The notes under the pieces are model-generated. The model was not told the DNA's origin and did no database searches. It saw only the letters and a list, made by a program, of their open reading frames with translations. Both the position numbers and the translations under genes were made by a program. A DNA stretch of 64,000 nt, from positions 3,008,001 to 3,072,000 of the forward strand of contig CAWIAD010000001.1 of the NCBI GenBank assembly GCA_963833985.1, given 5' to 3'. Origin of the DNA: an uncultured Planctomycetaceae bacterium. Lineage in GTDB: Bacteria > Planctomycetota > Planctomycetia > Isosphaerales > Isosphaeraceae. This document shows, piece by piece, positions 52,934-61,634 of this stretch (positions are counted from its first letter, which is position 1; the number at the start of each line of letters is the position of its first letter).

Positions 52934-55900
52934 ACCTCCTTAGCGGCCAGGCAGACGCGAGTGATCGCCGCTCGTGGCTCTCGTGGCTTCTCTTGCTGTA
53001 TCGCCGCCCTGGATCGTTTTGCGACGCCTGGGATAATCTGGCGGCGAGCCAGCAGTGGCGGCTTGGCATTCAGCTTGCCTTCCTCACGATCCCCTGCTTC
53101 TTCCTGATCAGCGTCGCATTCAACCAGGTCGTTCAGTTCCTCATTCCTCGACTTCATGCGCTGTTCAACGAGAGCGATGCCTTTCGAAACCCTCGCCGAG
53201 CGCGGCTTCTATGGCATTGCCGCTGTGGCCTGCCTCGAACTCCTCGTCTGGCGGCGCCGTGATCCGGTCGAGCTGGAGCATTCTGGAACCGAGCGGCTAC
53301 GCGCCGCCAGGCTCTTGACGATGCGGCGTATCGCCTTACTGGCCGCGGTGTTGCTGTCCCTCGTCTACACCGCGTCCACGTTGAGAACGGCGGACGGGAG
53401 TCCAGAGGTCCAGAATCTCGTCTTCCGGACAGTGATCACCGCGCTGGCGGCCTGCACGATGCCAATGGCTCTGGAACTGTACTTCTGGATCCACCGCAGA
53501 CCGACCGGAACCGAGGAGCCGATGATCGGAGACCGCTCGCGAGCCTCGGCGCGGATCGCGGGGCGTTTGCTTGTCTATTTGCCGGTGGTCTGCATACTGT
53601 ACCTGGTCGTCTTCTCCTACGTCGGACTGCCCATACCCTCCGGCGTGCCTGAAATTCAGACTCGGGCACAGTTTGCAAAGATCGTCGAGGCAGCGCTGGA
53701 AGGTGTGGTCAAAGGCGTGACGGTCGGAGCCGTGGCAGGGATGCTGGTCGGCTACCTGGCCAGCCCCACGCACGGGATCGCCCTGGGCTTCATCGGGGCG
53801 ATGGCCGGCGGACTGGCACTCGGCACAACGTCTCGTAACGCACCGACGTTACTGCTCATGATTGCGCTCTTCATCGCGCTACTCTGGCCACTGTTGACCG
53901 GAGGCATGCGCAAGGAACTCTCCGCCGGACACCTGGCCGCAGCGACCGTCGTTCTGGTGGTTCTCGTGTCGATCTACGCGCAGATCGAGAAGGGAGTCAA
54001 ACATCAGGATTTTCTCCAGACGGAAGGCCTGATCCGTGGAGTCGCCCTGGGGCTGATACTGGGACTGTGCCGTGGAGCGGCCGAGTCCGTATTGCTACGT
54101 AAGCGAATGAAGTACCGGATGGGCCTGCTGGGAGCGATGATCGTCGGCACGATCGTATTCTTTTCCACGCTGTCGGCCGAGCAGAAGGCGGCAGCGCATT
54201 CCTCTTCCGGGCCGATTGCTAGCCAGACAGCCACAGCGGACTCCGCTGCCAGATCGTCCGCCAGCCACACGGCGACAGCAAATCGCTCCGCCAGAGCGTC
54301 GCAGCGCTGGTTACCCCTGCTCGCCGGTCTCGTCCTGGGAGCCTCGTACCTGGTTGGAGTGCTTCGCATCTACTACCACGCGGTCCACCCGCTCTTCGTC
54401 ATGCCGAACCCCACCGGCGCCTGGTACCCGCGCCACCCCGTGGCCTGGGACGACCTGTGCTCGGTTTCGTTTCCCGGCCTTCATCGCCTGCTCGTCGCCT
54501 ATGCGGAACTCGAGCCCGAGGCCGCCTCGACCGAGATCAGCAGGCTCATTGCCGGCTATGACAGCCAGAAAGCGCAGGCCCTGCTGGCACGTGCGGTCCT
54601 GCTCATGCGTCAGTCGGGCCGGGTTCAGAACCTCTCGGAACTTGGGCCGATTTTCGCCGAGCTTGCCCGAGACGATTTCGAGTTCCTGCGCAAGCCGCCG
54701 AAGCTCAATGCCCTGATTGGCGAGATCGTCAGCCTCCACAACCGGCTGCGCACCATCGACCGGCCAACCTTCCGCGAGCCGACGGCGCGCGAGCTCTGTA
54801 CGATGATCGACAGGTTCCGCTACCAGGTGGACAACTTCCAGGAGCCATGGGCGACCGAGTTCCGACTGGCCGCCGAATGCTGGCTGCGCATCGCCCGGAA
54901 ACTGCTCGGCGAGGCCGCGGCCGTCGTGGAGAAAGAGCCGACTCCCCAGGTCTTTGCGCGGGCGACCCCGTCGATCGCGAGACCGAGGCATTCGTCAACC
55001 GCGCAGGGGTCATCGGCGATCTCGAGCGCCTGGTGATGCTGAACACGGGCTGCCCCGGAATCGTCCTTTACGCCCGCCGCAGGATGGGAAAGTCGACCGT
55101 CCTGCGCAACCTCGGCGGATTCCTTCCGCCCTCGGTCCGACCGGTGACCATTTCCATGCAAGATCCTCGGGCATTTTCCTCGTTCCCGTCTTTCATGGGC
55201 CTGGCAGCCAGGCTTCTGAGCGAGGCTGCTCCCGGCGGCAATCATGCGTCCCCTGCTCACGACCTGCCAAGCTTCTTCACGTTCCTGGACAGGTGCAACC
55301 ATACGCTCGAGTCCGAGGGGCGGCGCATCCTCCTAAGTATTGACGAGTACGAGTACATTGATTCCAAGATCGCCGCCAATGTATTCCCCGAGGATTTCTT
55401 GAACCTGGTGAGGGAATCGATCCAGTCCCATCGGTCGCTCACGTGGATCTTCGCCGGCAGTCACGAGATCAACGAGCTCACGAGCGCACCCTGGGCTTCC
55501 TCGCTGGTCAGCGCGCGGACGATCGAGATCCCGATGTTCACGGAGGAAGAAACCCATCTCTTGCTCACCGACCCTTTGAGACACTCGCAGACCTTCGCAC
55601 GCAACGGCGCCGCGCGGCCTCGCCCGTGCTTCAGCGAGGAGTTCTGGGGAAATGGCGGAGTCCACCGCGTCCACAGGGAGGCAGGTGGCTGGCCGCACCT
55701 GGTCCAGCTCATCGCCGAGACGGTCGTCGACATGCTCAACGACGAGAATGGCAGCCGGGTCGACGATCGGCTCATCGACCGTGCGCTGGACCGTGCCGTC
55801 GTGAACGGACACAACGTCTTCTACGAGCTACTCTATAGCGAGTCGCAGAAGAACCCAGGCGAATGGGATTACGTCTCCGCCTTCCGCCGTGCCGAAACTC

Positions 55901-56025
55901 AGACTCCTCCCGCCGACGACCTCATCTGGCGGTCGCTACGGCGACGCAAGCTGGTCGTCGAGGAGGGCGGCCTGTGGCGGCTGCGGGTCCCGATGATGCA
56001 GCGCTGGCTTTGCACCCGCGGCTGA
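52930..56025 (+). CDS. Multi-pass membrane protein with C-terminal STAND/AAA-type ATPase; apparent frameshifts near 53183 and 54957
   Basis: Three overlapping ORFs join into ~1030 aa: about 10-12 TMs, HPVAWDD, helical region, QVF-RAGDPV, Walker A ARRRMGKST, Walker B LLSIDEYE, FAGS, GGWP, winged-helix-like end. Confidence 0.8.
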
Positions 56026-56208
56026 CACCCTTCAAATACCCGGTGTTCCGCGTCCGCGAATGCGCACCCGATTTCGCGACTCTTCCCGACCAGGCCGATC
56101 TTCTGCTTGATCGAGGTGCCTGAAGCAGGATATAAGACGGATCAGCCCCGGAGGGTCAGCGCGGCATTCCGAACCGCAACCGGCGCCACTGGTCAACGGA
56201 GTGACACC

Positions 56209-57204
56209 ATGCCCCGCCACAAGAAACGCAGGCCCGCGCTCGATTACCTCGTCTATTCCGTCGTTCGCCTGGTGGTGGCGTTCGCGCAAACGCTCACCAT
56301 CGGCCAGTCCTACGCGTTGGCCCATGCCCTGGCCTGGCTGATGTACCAGGTGGACAGACGCCACCGATCCGTCGGCATCGAGAACCTTCGCCTGGCCTAC
56401 GGGCCCTGTCTGGACAATGCCCAGCAAGACCACATCGTCCGTTCGGTCTACCTCCACTTCTGCATGATGATCATGGAGCTGTTGCACATCCCGCGCAAGG
56501 TGCACCTGGCCAACTGGAGACAGTACGCCACGCTGGTCGGGCACAAGCCGGTGCTCGACCGGTTCATGACCGGCGGACCGGTGATCCTGCTTACCGGCCA
56601 TTACGGCAACTGGGAGCTGGCCGGCTACCTCTTCGGCCTTTTCGGCTACCCCACGTATTCCGTGGCCCGCACGCTCGACAACCCCTATCTCGACCGCTAC
56701 CTGCGCGACTTCCGGGAGCGTACGGGCCAGAAGTTGATCCCCAAGTCGGGCGGCTACGACCAGATCCTCGAGGTGCTCCAGTCGGGCCGTGCTCTTTCCA
56801 TGCTGGCCGACCAGGACGCCGGCCAGCGCGGGATGTTCGTCGATTTCTTCGGCCGTCCGGCCTCGACGCACAAGGCGATCGCGCTCTTGTCCATCGAGCA
56901 CCAGGCGCCGGTGGTCGTGGGGGTGGCCCGGCGCGTCGGACCTGGGTTCCGCTACGAGATCCGCTGCGCCCAGATCATCCAGCCCGGGGAGTTCAGCGGA
57001 ACCGCCGACGACGCCCGCCTGCTGACTCAACGCTACACCTCGGCGCTCGAGGAGCTGATCCGGCAGGACCCCACGCAATACCTCTGGCTGCATCGGCGAT
57101 GGAAGCACCAGCCACAGCCGCGCAAGGCGAGAACGGCCGGCGCTCACGAATCGCTCACGGCGACTTCTCAAACATCTGCTGGACCGGCACAATCTTCACC
57201 GTGA
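56209..57204 (+). CDS. Lipid A biosynthesis acyltransferase (LpxL/HtrB family)
   Basis: TGHYGNWE, LDNP, LADQDAG, FFGRPAST, PTQYLWLHRRWK; GGAG RBS. Confidence 0.92.
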   Translation: MPRHKKRRPALDYLVYSVVRLVVAFAQTLTIGQSYALAHALAWLMYQVDRRHRSVGIENLRLAYGPCLDNAQQDHIVRSVYLHFCMMIMELLHIPRKVHLANWRQYATLVGHKPVLDRFMTGGPVILLTGHYGNWELAGYLFGLFGYPTYSVARTLDNPYLDRYLRDFRERTGQKLIPKSGGYDQILEVLQSGRALSMLADQDAGQRGMFVDFFGRPASTHKAIALLSIEHQAPVVVGVARRVGPGFRYEIRCAQIIQPGEFSGTADDARLLTQRYTSALEELIRQDPTQYLWLHRRWKHQPQPRKARTAGAHESLTATSQTSAGPAQSSP

Positions 57205-58678
57205 CTCCCTTGAGCGGAAACGCGGCGATCTGCCCGTCCTCGGCCAGGATACTCTCCGGCGTTCCCTGCGTGTCGTAGGTGATCGGCGACGGCGTGCCTT
57301 TGGTCAGGGTCACGCGCAGTTCCTCGGCGTTCTGCGCCACGATGGCGACCTTCATGCCGCCTGGCTTCAAATGCTTACGGACGGCCGCGTTGACTTGCTC
57401 CACGGTGAGCTTTGGCAACTGGCTCGCCAGCTCGGTGACCAGGTCGTTGCGGCCGTAGAACCGGCCATCGATCGCATAGCCCAGCCGGCGCGACAGGGTC
57501 TGAACCCAGAGCTTGCTGTAATTGAGCAGGAAAGCGCGCGTGGCCTCGAAATCGGCCGGGCTCATGCCGTCGTTCACCAGCCGGTCCAGCTCCCAGAGTG
57601 CCGCACGAAGAGCGAAGGCCGCCTTGTCTTTTGGAACGGGCCGCACCCAGATGGAGAAGTACTGCTGTCTTCTCGGGTTATTCGCAACCTCGAACGTGCT
57701 TCGACCTTCCTGGATGAAGTCCTCGATGTACGAGTAATCGCCGTAATTCAGCCCGCGCTTGCCGCGCAGGTCCTGCATCAGCTTGCCATTGAACGTGCGG
57801 TGTTCGCCCAGGTACGAGTTCGCAACGGCCAGCGCGTAGAAGTCGTCGTCGTGACGGGTGACGTCGATCGGGAAGCCGATCGAGATGGCGGTGGCCTCGG
57901 CCGGCTTGGCCACGATCGTCACTTCCAGTCCCGCGGGCGGGGCCGGGCGGCCGAGTACCGGCAAGGTCCGCTCGTGGCGGGGCAGCGCCGCGAGCTTTGC
58001 CTCCACCAGCGCGGCATCGTCCGATTCAAAGCCGCCCGCCATGCCCAGCGTGAGCGCCTTGCGCGTGTAGAACCGCTGGTGAAACGCCTTCACATCCTCC
58101 AGCGTGATCGCCTTCAACCCCTGCACGGTGCCAAGGTCGGGATGGCCGTAAGGATGGCCCTGGTACAGCTCGCACTGGAGCGTCCACTTGCCAAGCTCTT
58201 CATCGTTATTGCCGCGCAGGCCCTTGCTGACGTAGTCGATCGCCTCGTTGCGCAGCCGCTCGAAGTCGTCGGGAGCGAAGCGGGGGGCCGTCAGCAGCTC
58301 GGTGACCAGGGGAATATAGGCCCCGAGGTTGTCGTGATGGATGGTCCCCTCGAAGACCGTGACTTCCTTATGGCAGACGCCGTCCAGGCTTGCGGCCATG
58401 GGGTAGAACTTCTCCAGGAGTTGTTCGTACGAGAAGCTTGTCGTGCCTCCCTGCGCGATCATCGCCATGGCAAGCGCGGCCAGGCCCTCCTTGCCTTTGG
58501 GGTCATCCTGCGAGCCGACGCGGAACACGAATCGAAACGAAACCAGCGGGCTCGACGGCGAGGGAAGCAGGATCGCGCCGCGATTCCCACCCTCGGCCAG
58601 CGGCGCCGCCGCCAATCCGGCGGCCGGCATCGTCAGAAGCAGCGCGAGTGCCAGCAACAGATGGGGCTTTCCGCTCAT
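57155..58678 (-). CDS. M16 family peptidase, non-catalytic subunit
   Basis: GSQDDPKGKEGLAAL without HxxEH; HPYGHP; LRGKRGLNYG. Confidence 0.9.
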   Translation of the reverse strand: MSGKPHLLLALALLLTMPAAGLAAAPLAEGGNRGAILLPSPSSPLVSFRFVFRVGSQDDPKGKEGLAALAMAMIAQGGTTSFSYEQLLEKFYPMAASLDGVCHKEVTVFEGTIHHDNLGAYIPLVTELLTAPRFAPDDFERLRNEAIDYVSKGLRGNNDEELGKWTLQCELYQGHPYGHPDLGTVQGLKAITLEDVKAFHQRFYTRKALTLGMAGGFESDDAALVEAKLAALPRHERTLPVLGRPAPPAGLEVTIVAKPAEATAISIGFPIDVTRHDDDFYALAVANSYLGEHRTFNGKLMQDLRGKRGLNYGDYSYIEDFIQEGRSTFEVANNPRRQQYFSIWVRPVPKDKAAFALRAALWELDRLVNDGMSPADFEATRAFLLNYSKLWVQTLSRRLGYAIDGRFYGRNDLVTELASQLPKLTVEQVNAAVRKHLKPGGMKVAIVAQNAEELRVTLTKGTPSPITYDTQGTPESILAEDGQIAAFPLKGVTVKIVPVQQMFEKSP

Positions 58679-60035
58679 TTCTGCTTCTCCGTCTCGAGGG
58701 TGACCACTGTTTCGTTGGCCAGGGTGAAGTACCTGGCGGCCACACGCTGGAGGTCAGCGGGCGTGAGCCGGTCGAAGGCTGTGAAGAGATCGTTCATGGC
58801 GTCGGGACGGCCTGTGATGGCGATCGATTCGCCCACGGCACGCGCGACTGCATCGGCGCTGCGGAGCGAAGCGGCAAAATCATATTTCAGGTGCGATCGG
58901 ACCGCGTTCAGCCGCGCGGCGTCGATCGGAGTTCGGGCCGCGTCCGCCAGAGCCGCGGAGATCTTCTCCCGCACGGCCGCTAGATCGGCCGGCGTCCGCA
59001 CCCGCGCAGGATCGTGAAGAGGCCCGGATCGCGGTGCTCGGAGGGGTCGGCCATGAGCGTCACGACCTTTTGCTCCTTGAGCACCAAGTCCTGGTACAGC
59101 GGGCTGGTCTCACCGAAAAGCACCTGCTGCAACGCCCCCAGCGCAGCGGTGTCCGGATGGGTCGGATCCGAGGCGGGAACGTGATAACCCAGGTAGAGGA
59201 TCGGCAACGTCGGCACGGGCCAGGTGACCCGTGCGCTGCGGGGCTGGGTCTGCGGGGGCTCCGTGGGAACTTCCACGCTGGCCTTGCCCCGCGCCCACGC
59301 CCCGTAATGGGTCTTGACCAGCGACACGAGCTCGGCATGCTTGATGTCGCCGGTCACCACGATGGTGCAGTTCTCGGGACGGTACCAGCGATCGAAGAAG
59401 ATCTTGCTGTACGCATACTGATTCGGCATCTCCTTGATGTCTTCCAGGAACCCGAGCGTCGTATGCTTGTACGTGTGCCGCGTGAAGGCCGTGTCCTGCA
59501 TGGCCTCTTCGAGCTTGAGAAAGGGCGACGAGGCGTTCTTGTTGTACTCTCCTAAGACCGCGCGGGCTTCTTTCTGGAACGATGGCTCATCGTACTTCAG
59601 GTTCTGGAACCGATCTGACTCGAGCTCCACGGCCGTCTCCAGCGCCGAGGCGGGAACCGTCATGTGATAGCACGTCCAATCATCGGTGGTGAAGGCGTTT
59701 GAATCCGCACCCAGCGACTTCAGGACGTCGTTGTATTTCTGTTGCGGATACCGCTCTGTACCGCGGAACATCATGTGCTCGAAGAAGTGGGCGAAGCCGG
59801 AGAGCCCCTTCTCCACCTCGTTGCGCGAGCCGGTGCGGACCACCGTGTAGTAGGCGATGATCCCCGGCGAGTCGAACGGGATCGAGACCACTGTCAGCCC
59901 GTTCTCAAGAGTCGTCTGCCGGATCGGAAACGGGAAGATCGGCTTGTCGCTGGCCTGCCCTGGTCCGGCCCCGGCAACCAGCCCCGCCAGAGCCAGCACG
60001 ATCAAAGGCGCGAATTTTATACTTTGATATCTCAA
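58675..60035 (-). CDS. M16 family peptidase, catalytic subunit; apparent frameshift near 59008
   Basis: GSRNE, GFAHFFEHMMFRGT, NAFT, WYRPEN; AAGGAG before TTG; C-terminus continues in ORF 58675-59001 and couples to the next gene. Confidence 0.9.
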
Positions 60036-60076
60036 CAGAAAGAACTCCTTGATGAATTGCGGCTCGCGGCCGGACA

Positions 60077-61141
60077 TCAGCGCGACGTGAACTCTCGCTT
60101 CGCGCCGTCGGGCCCGATCTGCACGCTGAACTTTGCACCGCCTGGTGCAACCGCGACGTGAATGAACTGGCCGCCGGCGACATCGGTGTTGGCGATCAGA
60201 GCCGGCTCGGTGTTGTCCTCCGAGGACGTCATGGCATTGCGATGAAGCTGGTAGGCCGCCTGGATCGAGGCGATGGACCGCAACAGCTTCACGGTCGCCG
60301 GCGATCCTCCCTTGCGCGGGCCGTTGTTCATGATGGCCACGGTCGGCTGGATGCTCCTCAGGAGGACCGGGTTGTTCGAGATATCCATGCCATGATGCGT
60401 GACCTGAAAGAGGTCGATGTTCCCCAGCAGGTTCGAAGGGCACACAAGCTGGCGCTCGATGTTCCAGGTCAGGTCGCCACAGTCCAGGAAATCGAACGCG
60501 CCGAACTCGAACCGGATTGCCAGGCTGCGAGCGTTATCGGAGGAATCGACGGGCAAGTCGGGCGGTGCGCTCGAACATTCGGGATTCGCCAGCGCCGTTG
60601 CAGGCTGACGCATCACCTTGCCGCCCGAGGCCACCACCAGGGCCTTCAGATTGCCCGGTAGAGGGATCGAATCGCCGGCCTTGAGGGCCGTCCGCTTGCC
60701 ATGGGAAGCGGCGCGGTAAGCGACTCCGAGCGGGTCGTCTGCCCTGGGACCATCCGGAAAATCGAGGTCCGGATTGGCGTCCTCAGGCAACCCTCGATCC
60801 CAGAAGTGCCTGATCTCGATGGCCTTCGCCAGTCCGGCCACGCCGCCGAAGTGGTCCATGTGCCAGTGCGTCGTGACAAGGTGGTCCAGGTGGTCGCACC
60901 CGGCCAGGTCGCGCAGGACGTGCACGATCCGGCGCGGATCGCGGTCCTCAAAACCGGGCCAACCGGAATCGATCAGCACAGATTCCTTCTCGGGAGACAC
61001 CACCAGGGTGGCCGCTCCCCCCATCACGTCGATGAAGTAAAGATCGAGCGACCGCGAGGCCGGCTCTTCCCCGTATGCCGGTCCCATCCCGAGGAGACAT
61101 CCGGCGAGAAGTGCGAAACCGGCGCGCTTGCTAAGATTCAT
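60077..61141 (-). CDS. Secreted MBL-fold metallo-hydrolase (ComEC/Rec2-like)
   Basis: IDVMGGAATL, LIDSG, THWHMDHFGG, DNARS, GDL, HHG. Confidence 0.9.
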   Translation of the reverse strand: MNLSKRAGFALLAGCLLGMGPAYGEEPASRSLDLYFIDVMGGAATLVVSPEKESVLIDSGWPGFEDRDPRRIVHVLRDLAGCDHLDHLVTTHWHMDHFGGVAGLAKAIEIRHFWDRGLPEDANPDLDFPDGPRADDPLGVAYRAASHGKRTALKAGDSIPLPGNLKALVVASGGKVMRQPATALANPECSSAPPDLPVDSSDNARSLAIRFEFGAFDFLDCGDLTWNIERQLVCPSNLLGNIDLFQVTHHGMDISNNPVLLRSIQPTVAIMNNGPRKGGSPATVKLLRSIASIQAAYQLHRNAMTSSEDNTEPALIANTDVAGGQFIHVAVAPGGAKFSVQIGPDGAKREFTSR

Positions 61142-61634
61142 TGATGTTTGCTCCCTGTCGTCCGTTCTGGAGTCGTGGCGGCACTGCATTCAGAATACGG
61201 CCGGACGCGTGCGCAGCAATGATCCGCTGGTTCGGACGACATCCAGGAGGGATGCTTCATCAAGACGTCAACGTTGAAAAAAAGAAACATGCGTTGGTCA
61301 AAGCGGCGGTATCGTTCGCTCCGTCGCTGCTTCCCGCCTTTCGTTGAAGATCGCCTAAGTTTTTTCAAGATGATTCTTTAGAGAAAGCTTAGAGAAATCT
61401 TATGGTCCCGGAAGTTCTCGTTCGTCGCTGAGATTTTTTAAGGTTGATGTTGCAGGCGGGCCTTCAGGCGGCTAGGGATACTCCTTCAGATCTGCAAGGA
61501 GGTGTCGTGGCTTGCGATCGATTGCGGTTCCTCTCGTAGCGAGGGACCAGTCGTCGAGGTATGGAAATCGGCGGGCGAAGTCGCCTGATCCCAAGTTCCG
61601 ATCGCGACGAACTTCGGTGCTGAACAGGTCGCGC

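Noticed and set aside
57155..57204. 50-bp overlap of convergent lpxL-like and M16 genes
   Set aside because: Short tail-to-tail overlaps are common in high-GC genomes and could also come from an indel.
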